NCBI GenBank assembly: GCA_002633005.1
Contig: NMRA01000101.1
Span: 62,539-126,000, forward strand
DNA from: Phoronis australis
Lineage: Eukaryota > Animalia > Phoronida
Direction of reading: 5' to 3'
DNA: 63,462 bases
Shown here: one piece after another, positions 23,001-35,714 of the stretch
Layout: every line of letters begins with the position of its first letter
Position numbering within the stretch: the stretch's first letter is position 1
Translations under genes and position numbers: made by a program
Notes under the pieces: model-generated
What the model was told of the DNA's origin: nothing
What the model saw: only the letters and a program-made list of their open reading frames with translations
Databases searched by the model: none

Positions 23001-26000
23001 GCAGTGTTTCCAAAACACTTAGGAATTATTATTGTTTTTAAAATGGTCAGTTTTTGTATGAAGGGCTATCAAAAAATAGAACTTTTATGATTTTCATAAA
23101 AAAGTTTAAAAGTGGCTTAAAAAACAAAGTAATACTTAGAAAACTGTAACAGCTTTTTTGAGATATCCTGAATAAATGAAATTTGAGTGACACTGTTGTT
23201 TTGGTATCAATGTACCTAAAGTTTCTTTTTTTGCTAAATTTTACTAAAAAGACATGGTCACATCACCCAATTAATGGCACACTGAAAAAAATCAAGTTGT
23301 TTAGGCTTTCTACTTCCAGAAAATAAATATGTACTTTTACTGGCAAGTTAAAATCCAGGGTTTTATGGATATTTGACTTGTTCATAAGGTCTTGCATAAC
23401 CACCCTTGAATCTTGTTTCAAATCTTTCCAAGTGGGCATGATTTCCAAATTTCTCTGCAAAATAAGTTTTCACATTTCCAATGTATTGTTGATGATTGCT
23501 GATGACTCACCGTTTCAGAGAGGTTTTTGGCTGTAAGCACCCCAAGTACTCTGATGCCCTGCTGGATTACGGCTTCTATTTACTGAATGTTGACCAAGAA
23601 AAGCAATCTGTTTTGGTGTATCAGGTAGGATTGCATGTAAAACTTTCCCCTTTCCTGGGCAGTGGGATGCATTTTTATGTCCTGGGTCAGACATTGTTCA
23701 AAGGCAGCGTCGACAACCAATTTGTGCAAAAGGAATGCACTCTGTATTGCAATGAAATATGAAGAAGGTTTTTAACAGATTTTAATGAAATAGTTTTTTG
23801 AAAATCTGAGTGTATTTTCTATTAAATTTTGTGAAATTTGTGTTTAGACATTCTTGATGTAGAGAGGCCTCACTTGATGTGCATCAGGCTGTATTATTGT
23901 GTTGTTTGCAGGCCTCCCTAGATGTGCATCAGGCTGTATTATTGTGTTGTTTGCAGGCCTCCCTAGATGTTCGTCAGTCTGTATTCGGTGGCAACAATCT
24001 TCACGTGGCCATTGCTCATGAAGACCTTGCCTACTCTTGTTATGTGCATGAGTACAGCTCGGGCAGATTTGCAGATGCTTTGTAAGTGCTTAGCTGGCCT
24101 GTTGAAGCAATTCACAGTTAGAAGCACGTTAATGAACTTGTAGGAAAGTTGAAAAGGAAGAACAGTATATGATGTAGTATAGGTTATTCATTGCTTACTG
24201 ATGGCGATGTGCAAGGTAGGGTCTCTTACTGGAGTGCATGTTTGTTTACGATTTAGCTCCACCCCAATGTGCGTACTCATTCTACAACAAGGTCACCCTG
24301 ACGTGAGACATTCACGACTAAGAATGTCTCTAAAGACAGGTTGAATTCCCAGCTAACACACATCATAGCCTAACTGATCGTACTGTGCTGGGATGTGGAT
24401 AACATCAATCACTGAACAAGAAATGTGATTTCACTATCTTCCCTGTGGTTAATTTTGGCATGCTCCAACTTATTTCATTATGAAGTCTGCTGTTTTTCTT
24501 ACTTGTCTGAATTCTGTAGTTTGTTGTCTCAACCTTTTGATCCATGGGAGTCCAGTATTTATGTTTTAGAATGTTGGTTTTCTTCTGGAAGTCACTTAAA
24601 CATCGGTTAAGATTCAGGGTCAAGTAATTTCATGCCTGTTTTGAGTACTTAATGAGCAGTAGTTAAAGCACAAAATTTAAGTTCAAACATTTTTGCCATT
24701 TCAGTGAGCATGCACAAAAAGCCATGGACATGATAACAAAAATACTACCACAAGACCATCTCCTACTGGCATCAGCCAAGCGGGTGAAAGGTAGGAAATG
24801 AGAATAGGTTTATCTAAAACACTTGGAAATAAGGATGAACCATTAAGATCTTGTAAATCTGTCAAGATGTTGATTCACTACATTTGTGATGTATGCTGTG
24901 ATCCAGTAGTGGTCAGTTATTGGTCTGTCGAGCAGCATGTGGATACGGAACTGTGTTTCGCTGTTAAGGATGTTGTAGTTTGTGTACTCTACCCTTCAGA
25001 TAAGTCAAATGTTGCTTTACTCATGTAAAGCTTGTCAGTTAGTTTGTGTCTGACTAGTGTAAGTATTGCAAGACATGTCATCCACTCCAGAGTTGGAGAC
25101 TGAATATTGTTTTGTTTAAGAAAACACATGTTGTGCAATGTTTTGACCACTATTTAATGTAACAAGACAAACGAGATCCCACGTGACACGCCACTAGTAT
25201 TAGTCAACATCGTCCCATTGAAGGAGCCGAGATGTCTTGGAGGATCTAGGAATTAAGTCCAGCAGACCAGGTTCAAGTAACAATGATATGCATTCCCTGG
25301 ATGACTCAAGAGCTACATTTTTAATATTAAATAGTGTTTCAACATGCTTCAGTTCTTCTTGTTCAAATTCACTTCTGCTTCCTTCTCCTTGATAGCCCTG
25401 ATACTGGAAGAGATGGCTGTGGACAGCCAGAACAAAGACACAGAACGGATGTGGTTACATGAAGCTGAGGATCTCCACTTGGCTTCTCTGGCCATTGCCA
25501 GGACGGCATTCGGAGAGAACAACGTACAGACAGCTAAACACTACGGCAATCTGGGCAGGCTCTATCAGTCGCTGGGACGATTCAATGTAAGTGACTGGCT
25601 GAATATTGATATTCTTATATGTATACCAGACATCAGCAAGTTCTTTGGTCCAAGTCATATCTCTGCTTAAGAGTTTTAGTGTCAATTTTGTTGGTGCATG
25701 AGGTAGGATATGTAATGGTTTTCTTAAAATCTTACGTGGCACGTTTAATGTTATTACCTTTCAGTAGGATTGTGTGTGTCATCGGACTTTTTTGTGTTTG
25801 TGCACGTGTTTTGTGTGCTGTTACACACAGTACTTGCATAGTTCTTCTCTGCCGAGAACTTTAGAGTGGAGATTTATCACACAGTTTGTGCCATTTGCCA
25901 ATCATATCTTGCCCGACTGTGTTACCCACTGTGATGCTTTGTACGACCACAATCTGTAGCAACTGTACAGAACTGTTACAATTTTCTTAAAGGTGACAGT

Positions 26001-29000
26001 TAGTGCACACTTTGGAAGCTCACAAACTGTGACAATTGCACAAGTTGTAACGACCCCCTTTTGCCAACATTGTCACACAATGACTAATCTTTTATTGTTG
26101 TTCTTGTGTCACTGCATGAACACATGGACAGACAGACCAACAGACAAGGGCTCAGGAGGCAAACAAGGCATATACGTGACCAGACACGTTGACAGTGATA
26201 TAGGCTTATATTCTCAGGGCTTGGAATGACCCATGACAAAAAAGGATTTTTTTACCGCCCTAACTACACATTTCAATCTAAACCATACCTCAACAGATCG
26301 AAAGTAAACATATCACAAGATGCCCTCTTACTATGTCGTGCTGGCAAAATGCACTCATCTTAAGCAGTACCTGACATCTAGTTCAGCAACAACAACGAAG
26401 GCAATTAGATGCAACAAAAGATATTTTTTAAAATTAAGTTATAAAGATAATGATGAAAAATTTGCAGTTTGAGTGGCAGTAGTTTATTCTTGATTTACTG
26501 CAGGGAGACCTATAAAATTATTTTCAATTCTTATAATTACGATACAAAATTACATAAACAAACAAATGTACATCGATCCAAAGATTATCTGGAAAGCCTG
26601 GAATACATACACATTTAATTCCAACGCAAATGTAAACAAGTCGAGACGAAAACCTGTGGCTCATACCCAACTGCATGGAAAAATGAAAGTCAAAAACACA
26701 CTTAACTATAGAATGCATCAACCACAATCCTAAGTTGGCCAAACTTTTCAGTTTCAAATAGTAATTACAGGAGTTAATTGTTCATAAGCAATGCTGGTGT
26801 AGAAGAAACTATGTGACATAAGAAATAACTACCAGGACTGAAAATAGGCTGGCGGAATTTGTAAACAATGGCTCAGACCAATCAGATCATTCAGAATTTG
26901 TCACGTGATCACTTCTCTCGAACTGCAAAACTCGAGTCACAAAATAGAACACGAAAAATGTCAAAATAAAATGAAAAACATAAACGGCAATTTAAAACAC
27001 ATTTGCAGTAACGAAAATAGCACTTTGTATCCCGTTTCGGCGGCACATAGAAAATCGCACTCAGGTCAGGCCTAGCACTAGCAGCCAACGCCACGGCAAC
27101 AGGCGTGCGTGTGGGATCAAACAAAAGAATTTCATACATCTCTCACATGCCACGATTCTAATCCAACGAATAACCGGTTACAGTTGAATTTTATTTCAGG
27201 AAGCGTTGTTATTTCTAGTGTTTCATCGTTTTCAGTCGATCCTCGGATTCCACCTTAGTCCAAGGCAACTCGACCAAGCACTCTCTATTGTTCCTCTCTC
27301 AAAGTTAATACAGAGCACAAACCTGGACTTATGTTGTTTGGGAAGACATTCACCCTTTCTTTTATCCACTTTTTCCACGAAATATTCTGTCTACTCCACT
27401 CTCCACGCATTTTTGAACGCAGAATCGCACTATTTGTCTCTTCGACTTTATACCAAATGCAGATGCCATTGATGAACCATGCTATCCCAGGCACAGGCGC
27501 TTGAATTCATTTGTTCCTCGTTTGCCACTGACGTCACTCACTACTAAGAAAACATGTTTTTTATTATGTGGTTACGAGTCATCGGGATATTCGAGCGCCT
27601 GTGATCTGCAAGTACAGTTTTCATTCTTCCGAAACACAAAGAGCAGTTTCCGCTTTTCGAGTTGTCGGCAACGCTGCGGTGAGAAACTAATTTGCGGCGA
27701 TAATTTTATGGCAAATCCGATTTTTTTTTCCGCGGAAATATAACGAAAATACGCGGAGGGGATAAAAGAAAAAGCGGAAATCCGCGTTTCTGCCAAAAAT
27801 TCCAAGCCTTGTATTCTATTTATAAATGTGCTGTTTAGTATAATCAGCATTTTGTGATTTGACCACATTTTCCTGAATCTTGATGTGCTTTTGATTTTCA
27901 TGCATCCTCGTGCGAACTGTTTTTCTGTGCGTTACCAAAAGTTCTTTTAAGTGTGATAATGCATATGGCCGCCATTTTGCAATGTGACTGTATTTTTCTG
28001 AATGGTGGCCTGTTCATGATTTTCATGCACCCATGCAAGGAAATGCTCTTCTGTTTACTGTCTGTGGCTGCCTTTTGTATTTGTAAAAAATATACTAGAA
28101 TGGTATGATGTGATGATATAAAAATTGGATGTATTTGGTGTTCCAGTTAACTAGTTTATCAACCTTCAGTAGTTATACCATATCAACTTTTAAATAAATA
28201 TTTCTGCTGAAATTTTACAGGAAGCTGAAGACATGCACTTAAAGGCCATAGCCATCAAGGAGACCTTGCTGGGGGCAGATGATTATGAGGTGGCGCTCTC
28301 TATTGGACATCTGGCTTCCCTTTATAATTATGACATGCACTTCTATGACAAGGCAGAACAGCTCTACCTGAGATCAATCAGCATAGGTGAGTGTCATATT
28401 GCAGGTCCAAACTTGTTTTGATATGCGTGTGAGGTACAGTGCTGTGATCTTGTGGCATGGTTCATTTTTGGAATGGGTCTAGTACAAAGAACGCATTGAA
28501 TTAGATTTGTGATTACCAATCATTGCATTAACGTTTATTAAAAGGTCACTTCCCCCTTCTTGTTTGAAGAAGTTTGAACTAAGCTGACAGACTTGTCATG
28601 GCAGCAGTTGATTTCTACTGTCATAGTGAATCGAGAGATCACCAGTGATTCATGTAAAGCAGTCCAATCTTGGAGGTTTTGGCCAACCATAAAAATCGTG
28701 GCACTTTGACCCAATTTCTATTTTCCATACGAGGGTATTGGAAATTAAAAATTGTGGTACTTATCAGCTTAATTCAAACTTTCCAGGAGGGAGAAAGTAC
28801 AATGGTCAGTTATCACAATGTACCACCAGTAATTTTAAAGCATTTATGACTCTGTTTGCATTCTAAAAAGTGTGTTCTTAGTAACCTTGTTTTACAATTT
28901 TTGTTTTAGGTGGCGGCTAAATCAGAAATGTTTCTTTAATTGACCAACATTTCAAGCTCTATGGACAAATTGAGCTATGACTATTTCCTCTAAAATAACC

Positions 29001-29985
29001 CCTAGTGTGGGATTTGTCATCTGGGTGATGTTTTATTCTTTGTGCTGAATGCCTGATAGAAGTTTGTCTCCAGAAAGAAATTCGACTTAAACTCAAAAGC
29101 CTGCCACCTAGCTGTAAAGTTATATAGAGTGCTGTGAGGTGGCAGCACAAGTCGTCAAAATCTCAATGAACCAGTTGTTGTTCATGAGTGTATCCTCAAA
29201 ACTGATTTAAAGTTACTTGTCGAAAGGATTCTGAGCCTTGGTGGAACAAAATCCACCCTGAATTGGGACCAAGAAATTATGAGAACGAAACCCAAGGTGT
29301 CTATGTTTCTGTAGTAACATTCAGATGTAGAGAATCGTGCTCAGAATGACTGTCATCTCAGTAATGGGGCATAAAAAACAACGTAGCCCATTAATGATAT
29401 CTACTGCACACGTCCGTATTATTTCTCATGGTAGCACTTAGCAAATTCTGAGAGGAATAACATTACAATGCCCTGTAACCCTCGTCTAGATTAAAAAAAA
29501 ATTGGAGTATGTTGAGTGTGTTACTAAATTTGCTTAGTTGGAAGCACTATAGAAATAACGTGCTTTGAGGAGTTAATTTGCAGCTGTAGGGATAGATTGC
29601 ACGTATTATGTCTTTGCAGGTGCATGATATGTCGGGGAGTATGCTGTCTTTTCCCAAGAGCCAATGAATATTAAGCAATTCTTGCTCATGTGACTAATTG
29701 CTGAGTGTGACGTTCAAACAACTATGATGTATATTTGTTTCTTTTTATGTTGTAGCCAAAAAATTGTTCGGACCCGGCTACAGCGGCCTGGAGTATGACT
29801 ACAGGGGTCTCTTGCATCTCTACCAGACAACAGATATGGGTGTTCGCATGGCTGAGTACGCGGGCGTACTGCACGAGTGGAACTTGATACGCGATCACAA
29901 CAACTTAGTGGAAGTGAAACCCCTGGACATTGACTCATCAACAAAGACTGAGGATGTGATAAAGCAATTTCTTGAGGACAGTTGA
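10877..29985 (+). CDS. APPBP2: Amyloid protein-binding protein 2 (APPBP2/PAT1; TPR-repeat CRL2 substrate receptor), 12 coding exons, 578 aa
   Basis: Exons 10877-11011, 14555-14643, 15984-16141, 19059-19182, 19769-19937, 22556-22713, 23519-23624, 23957-24081, 24705-24790, 25396-25586, 28221-28386, 29756-29985. All introns are GT-AG with compatible phases; total 1737 nt, open to TGA. Peptides match APPBP2 as I recall it: WVPDTLYN, HLLHHCFQALMDHG, KHPKYSDALLDYGFYLLNVD, AHEDLAYSCYVHEYSSG, NVQTAKHYGNLGRLYQS, DYEVALSIGHLASLYNYDM, GYSGLEYDYRGL. Confidence 0.96.
11100..11496. other. Assembly gap inside APPBP2 intron 1
   Basis: Run of N. Confidence 1.
14555..14643 (+). CDS. APPBP2: APPBP2 coding exon 2
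   Basis: tttgcag|LYSKGRLCQLGLEFSELDTFAKVLKVKDKR|gtgagg. Confidence 0.92.
14657..15530 (+). mobile_element. Older, diverged copy of hAT-like MITE family A in APPBP2 intron 2
   Basis: Starts CATAGGTGCAATTAGG 13 nt after the exon 2 end; colinear with the reverse complement of 8700-9400, including the tRNA-like part at about 15336-15395. Confidence 0.7.
15984..16141 (+). CDS. APPBP2: APPBP2 coding exon 3
   Basis: ttccag|HLLHHCFQALMDHGVRVSEILA...ALALGFSL|gtaggt. Confidence 0.92.
16310..19010 (+). mobile_element. Helentron-associated (HINE/DINE-like) element fragments in APPBP2 intron 3
   Basis: Same ~150-bp CCTAGTGGC subunits as 20262-21763; 3' end motif TGTGGGCGCAT + CAACGC/GCGTTG hairpin + CTCTTGTT at about 18539-18574; interrupted by 16740-18155. 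Confidence 0.65.
16740..18155. mobile_element. Tc1/mariner-like non-autonomous element nested in the HINE
   Basis: TIR CAGTACAGCCACTGAATT(T/A)TTAGACT, TA on both sides; removing it restores TTGGCA-TA-TGTTCT of the host repeat (compare TTGGCATGTATGTTCT at about 21145). Confidence 0.8.
19059..19182 (+). CDS. APPBP2: APPBP2 coding exon 4
   Basis: ttgtag|GFLSVAGWFYDSERVFASCLQLC...ALECCIR|gtaaac. Confidence 0.92.
19769..19937 (+). CDS. APPBP2: APPBP2 coding exon 5
   Basis: ttctag|LMHVRIANCK...KATLYSETSALLFAESKFDE|gtgcgt. Confidence 0.92.
20262..21763 (+). mobile_element. Helentron-associated (HINE/DINE-like) element with a central tandem array, APPBP2 intron 5
   Basis: 5' palindrome ATGCGGCCACATAT/ATGTGGACGCAT, (CCGT)n microsatellite, ~450-bp repeats (TAGTGGC at 20461, 20914, 21361), 3' subTIR TGTGGCTGCAT and hairpin CAACGC-TGT-GCGTTG. 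Confidence 0.75.
22556..22713 (+). CDS. APPBP2: APPBP2 coding exon 6
   Basis: tttgcaag|AFKFCQMSLRELT...VVDALRQAAKCCVVKRNFIKAEYLIKHAVHIAK|gtatgt. Confidence 0.92.
23519..23624 (+). CDS. APPBP2: APPBP2 coding exon 7
   Basis: tttcag|EVFGCKHPKYSDALLDYGFYLLNVDQEKQSVLVYQ|gtagga. Confidence 0.93.
23957..24081 (+). CDS. APPBP2: APPBP2 coding exon 8 (an alternative in-frame acceptor would start the exon at 23912)
   Basis: ttgcag|ASLDVRQSVFGGNNLHVAIAHEDLAYSCYVHEYSSGRFADA|gtaagt. Confidence 0.9.
24705..24790 (+). CDS. APPBP2: APPBP2 coding exon 9
   Basis: tttcag|EHAQKAMDMITKILPQDHLLLASAKRVK|gtagga. Confidence 0.92.
25396..25586 (+). CDS. APPBP2: APPBP2 coding exon 10
   Basis: gatag|LILEEMAVDSQNKDTE...FGENNVQTAKHYGNLGRLYQSLGRFN|gtaagt. 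Confidence 0.93.
26215..27811. mobile_element. hAT-like non-autonomous DNA transposon in APPBP2 intron 10
   Basis: TIR CAGGGCTTGGAAT / ATTCCAAGCCTTG; 6-bp TSD TATTCT; GCGG(A) subterminal repeats near the right end. Confidence 0.72.
28221..28386 (+). CDS. APPBP2: APPBP2 coding exon 11
   Basis: ttacag|EAEDMHLKAIAIKETLLGADDYEVALSIGHLASLYNYDM...LRSISI|gtgagt. Confidence 0.93.
29756..29985 (+). CDS. APPBP2: APPBP2 coding exon 12 (last)
   Basis: ttgtag|KKLFGPGYSGLEYDYRGLLHLY...KTEDVIKQFLEDS*. Confidence 0.93.
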
Positions 29986-30163
29986 CTCCAGAGTCTTAGT
30001 TAGAATCTTGCTTATTTATGTCCGTATTTATTTTCCCTGTCATTTATGGGATACCTGTTATCATATATATGTTGGTTCTGTTGAAGAATATTCTTAGGTA
30101 GATATGGTTAAATGTGCTGTCTAACAGTGAAGCTCTGGTGATCAGTCAAATCTGATATGAACA

Positions 30164-31948
30164 AAAGGTGCATTTCTTTGTACGAAGTAATAAGACCCAC
30201 ATTCTAAGTTGCGTAAAGATGTATTTGCATGCTCCTAACTATGCTCATGCATAGCGGGAACTAAACGACAGTGCTCTAACATTTGTGGATCATTTTCGAC
30301 ACAAAAATTCGTTGTTAAAAACATTTGACAATTTTCAATGTACTTCTATTTACATCGTTGCTATGTGTCGCATTTCTAACGAATTTTATCAAGCAATGAC
30401 AGATAAGGAATTACGGGCAAGTTCCACTTCAAAAAAGTTGTAATAATTCTGATTGCCACATGAACTGTTGCCGTGTGTATATTGTTAAATATTACTGTGT
30501 ACTTCACAAGTTTTTGTTAAAACCATTCCCCAGCTTGTTCTAGTCTCACAATCATTTCACCAGGATTAGTTGACAGGTAACTAAATTCATTTGTTAAACT
30601 GGATATTTTAAGCCCTTCGGTTGTGTTGGCAACACTTGACGGTGAAGTTAAAGTTTATGACCATCTCAGTGGCATGTATATCATTCAATTTTGGATCCAT
30701 TTGTTTTGAAAACACCAGTTAGATTTCCTTGGTTAATCTAGCAAGGTTTGTTAGTTTTATGCTTATGGGAGTTCTGCTGAAATGGCAGAGAGTGGCGTTA
30801 TGTTTAATTTAAGGTTATTGAAAAACTGGTTGTAGGATATCGTGTTGGATTCTCCCTGAATGTGGTTTCTTGATTATTCCTTCAATCACTGTGAAAAATA
30901 CCTTCAAACAAATCATGCTTCATATGGTACAGCTGTCATCAAACATTTGGTAAAAAGTGGAGTTGATTTTGAATTTTCTGTTGCGGAGAACACTGATCTG
31001 GATGTCGACTTCAAAGCAGAAGATATTACTTGTGACGAGTACTGTTACAGTTGTNAAAGGTGCATTTCTTTGTACGAAATAATGAGACCCACATTCTAAG
31101 TTGCGTAAAGATGTATTTGCATGCTCCTAACTATGCTCATGCATAGCGGGAACTAAACAACAGTGCTTTAACATTTGCGGATCATTTTCGACACAAAAAT
31201 TCGTTGTTAAAATCATTTGGCAATTTTCAATGTACTTCTATTTACATCGTTGCTATGTGTCGTGTTTCTAACGAATTTTATCAAGCAATGACAGATAAGG
31301 AATTACGGGCAAGTTCCACTTCAAAAAAGTTGTAATAATTCTGATTGCCACATGAACTGTTGCAGTGTGTATATTGTTAAATATTACTGTGTACTTCACA
31401 AGTTTTTGTTAAAACCATTCCACAGCTTGTTCTAGTCTCACAATTATTTCACCAGGATTAGTTGAAAGGTAACTAAATTCATTTGTTAAACTGGATATTT
31501 TAAGCTCTTCGGTTGTGTTGGCAACACTTGACGGTGAAGTTAAAGTTTATTTGACCATCTCAGTGGCATGTATATCATTCAATTTTGGATCAATTTGTTT
31601 TGAAAACACCAGTTAGATTTCCTTGGTTAATCTAGCAAAGTTTGGTAGTTTTATGCTTATGGGAGTTCTGCTGAAATGGCAGAGAGTGGCGTTATGTTTA
31701 ATTTAAGGTTATTGAAAAACTGGTTGTAGGATATCGTGTTGGATTCTCCCTGAATGTGCTTTCTTGATTATTCCTTCAATCACTGTGAAAAATACCTTCA
31801 AACAAATCATGCTTCATATGGTACAGCTGTCATCAAACATTTGGTAAAAAGTGGAGTTGATTTTGAATTTTCTGTTGCGGAGAACACTGATCTGGATGTC
31901 GACTTCAAAGCAGAAGATATTACTTGTGACGAGTACTGTTACAGTTGT
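30164..31948. repeat. Near-identical ~890-bp tandem duplication joined at a single N (probable uncollapsed-haplotype artefact)
   Basis: 30164-31054 and 31056-31948 differ only by scattered SNPs and small indels; the junction is exactly the N at 31055. Confidence 0.85.
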
Positions 31949-34288
31949 GTGCCAAGTGGGCAGAGACCTCTACTCTCACATGGCTCTTTGACAAAATCAT
32001 AACAATCTATGGCTGCATTGTAAAAGTTCAGTACTTTCCTGAAATGCTACAGCAGCTATCGTAAAATTTCACTAATTTAGGAAACATGAAATTGCATTTT
32101 TTCATATTTTCATTAAAGATAGGTAGCACTTAAATGATCTTTTCAAGTTCTCTTGCATAGCTTTTATTGAAGACACAACTGTACTTTCTGTTGGACATCT
32201 TGATGTACGCTCACTCATACTCTATAATATTTTTGATCCTCCTGTGTGCAGATGTAAAGTAAAGCATATTGCCAATAGACATTATAAACAAGAAAGTTAC
32301 AATAGTAACAATATTTTGTTAGGGCATGTCTGTTCTTCAGGCACTTGAACACATTTGATTGCAATGTCTTTTGGCTATTTGCATTACAATTTCACATTGG
32401 AAGATTGGATATCACACAGAGAGTATGAGTGATATACTGTCATACAAAATTGGGTAACTAGGTGGCTTGGGAGAAGCACTTTAAAATATGGCAATTTGCC
32501 AATTCTTTTTGACAAAAATTAGTGTGATTTTATGGTACAAGAGGTACTCAGTGGTGTCGCGAGATATCCTTAAGTCTAGACTTGCGGATGTACCATATAG
32601 ACGCATTGTCAATAAAAAGTCATCAACAATTGAGTAACATGGATATTTTACTTTTTATTTTTCTCGCATTCTGCTCAGACAAATGGACCGGTTTCATATC
32701 AGACAATCGTGAGCAAAATAACTAATAACAGGGTCACTTGCAAATTGCAGTGAGTGTAACAAGTTTATATGGAACATTTCACTCGAACGGAGAACCATAA
32801 CGTCTTGAGTGAAACATATCCAAATGCCACATGTAATACACTACTATATGACATACACCAAACTATGACATCGTTGATGGAACTAGTAACTGTTCATAAT
32901 CTGCATTTAGGCTGAAAGATACACCTGACTGGTCCCTACACTACATTTACACTTGCATGGAACTAATGTCTGGGTACACAAGTTCATATTAAAGGAATTT
33001 CCATGAGTTGACCATATTGTTGACCATATTGTGTGCTAAGTGGATGAAGAATTGTCACTTGTTTGAAAACATTGAACCACACATCTATGCTGTAATGAAT
33101 GACCATATATTTCTCAAAATACACTAGCTACTCCTGTCTAATGCACAGCAAGTGAAAAGCCATGTACCATTTGAACTTCAACACAGGCATGCACAATATA
33201 CGGTAACTGACAGTAATTGCTAAAGAGTAAAACCAATGACAAGGAGGAATGATAATGATTTACAACAAGTAGAATCAACTTACTTAGAGACTAAAATGTG
33301 AGTTCGTACGTTTGGGACTACTCTCTACAGTCACTTGTCAATGACTGATGAAACATACGAACGTACATTTTAGTCTTCGAGTAAATTGATACTACTTATA
33401 CCATACCTTCACTGAGACTATGAAGAACCTTTTTTTCAATTTACAATAAGACGTCTGAATTGCAAATCAGCACTAGAGAAAAATATTTGCAGGATGTTGC
33501 TAATGGATATGCCAATATAAAAATGCTTAGTGTGTTCTTTACACATAACCAAAGCATGTGCATTTGGTAAACAGGCCAGAGAAACCGTGTTACAAGTTTC
33601 TTGGATATAACAGTTCATTCCGCAAGTGGCAAGCCAACATACTGCATAGTACATTAACCTGATTTGGTGACAGCAAACTTTAAACTTCGAAAAGTCCACG
33701 GGCTTCAGACGTAGTGCAGTAATGGGGAATTTGAATCTACCGTATATCCTCGTATTTAGACCCACACACCTATTGTACAACTGTTTATATCTGGTGTATA
33801 CGATCTACACTCAAGTCAAAAGAGTTACCGGTAAGCTATTATAACAGATAGCTGTAGCATTAACGCCAAACTTGACTTGCAAGTTGTAAAACTACAGATA
33901 GATGTCAGAATGTATGCAATTTGAAATTAAATAGAAATTAGTATTAAAATACAATAAGTACTGAAGAAGGACAGAAGACACATTACAACTGCATACAAAT
34001 TATGACAAACAAAGACATCTCAAACACCATACAGACTGGTTGGTGTGCACAGGGTGGAAACATCCAGCTATGTATTCAGATGAAGACATTTAGATGGCAG
34101 TCACTTTTAGGTTATCACGAGTCCTCAGAGGGCACAGCCCATATACTTGAGTTTTGAAAATGGCAACCCATTTATACTGTACTAAATGTATAGAAAAGAC
34201 AGAGACTAGGTCAAAAGCTTGTTTTACTTGAAGCGTGGTCGTTTCATTTGTAAAGACATGGATGACAATTCTCTTTTTTTTTCTTAAG

Positions 34289-34675
34289 GCCGTAAGTTGG
34301 CAGATGGTAAAGGAATTCAAGGAAAGGGCCGGTTGACCAATGCGAGGATAGACTCATTTCAAATGTTTTATGGGAAAGCTGTCGAGGAGGCTGTAAACCC
34401 TTTTGGTGCTCTACTTTAATGAGGGCCTTCTCATGTCGATGAAGAAGGTTATGGGTGGGTTGGGGTTACATTCTGGTAAGCATTCTGAGGTGTGCCTGTC
34501 TCATCTTGACAACCAGAGAGCAGTAACTAGACTGTACAAGGGGCAAGAAGCTGACAAGAACAAGAGGAGAGAAGGGCGTTCCACCAAACTGAAGCAGTTA
34601 GATGCGTTTCAAAAATCTGAAGGTAGCCAATACGTGTCCAGACAGTTTCACTCAAAGCTTCCAAGTGTGCATTAA
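34289..34675 (+). pseudogene. Internally deleted Mutator-like (MULE) transposase relic
   Basis: RKLADGKGIQGKGRLTNARIDSFQMFYGKA joined via a deletion and frameshift to VLYFNEG..LGLHSG..LDNQR..KNKRR..EGSQY..FH, both typical of animal Mutator-like transposases. Confidence 0.7.
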
Positions 34676-35714
34676 TTCCTAACCTGTCAGCAACCAATGA
34701 AAGATCACCGCAAAGGTAGTTGCGATCAGCCTGTGTAGAATCATTTGCTTCACCTGAGGTTAGTCCTTAAGCAGTAATAGCATGATGAACTGTAATATGA
34801 ACGTAAGTGATGCTGCTCTAATTAAAATTTTGAGCACCCTACTGCCTCCCTCAAAGGTCTTGTAATGAAGTCCTGTACAGAAGAGTCGATGAACGAGGTG
34901 GCAAATGCTTTAAAGGAGCAAGAGGGATCGGAAGAAGTTTTCACTTTTCCTTCAGACCCGAATAATTACTTCTGCATGTCTGGTCCTAGATAAGTTGTGG
35001 GTGTATCAAAAAGCTGGACATTCTGATGTTGTGGCAGGCATGCAGGATAAAGCATCAATAAATGGATCGGTCCCACCAGAAGCAAGTACGACAGACACGT
35101 TTCCACTAACTATTGATTCTTTTACGATATATAATCTTCTTTCCTCAAGTTTTAACTTAAAGAATTGAGATGTTATGTCATTAACTAGTAAACCTACTTT
35201 TTTAAATCAAAGACCAAACAGTGTTCAAGGTGGTTGCAACCATACTTTTGTCATTCACAGTGGATGTAACCATTCTTTTGACATGAAAGCAGTTTGATTA
35301 AGACCATAAAGCAAACACGATAAAAAGTGTAATCGACACACCATTCTAAAAACTTATGAGGACATTTCCTTTGGAAATATTTCCTTTGGTAATTACGGTG
35401 CAGTCCCTCCCTATATCGCATCCTAATTATGCTGACGTAAACTGCTTTCCATGATCAAACTGCATATTGTCTTTAATGTAATCTATAGAGGTGATATCTT
35501 GGCTTGAAAAGAATTGACAGTTTGCCATTGCTTTGCTTCGTACACAGGCTCAACACATTTTCAGAAAGCACTAGTCAGATAAGATCACATTTGATCAAGC
35601 CTGCTACCAACACTAGAAGTGCATTCCTCAGCCGATGAGACATTCTCAGTGCACAATGTTTCTGGGGCTCTGCTACTGTAATAAAATTCAAGCAGATGCA
35701 CTTATATTTCCCAA

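Noticed and set aside
30860-32002. Two paralogous small genes (FLDYSFNHCEKY...)
   Set aside because: They lie in the probable false duplication just downstream of APPBP2 and show no recognisable domain.
33302-33361. Hairpin resembling a type III hammerhead or snoRNA (contains CTGATGA)
   Set aside because: Stems exist, but CUGAUGA and GAAA are not arranged around a stem II on either strand and no C/D box pair is evident.
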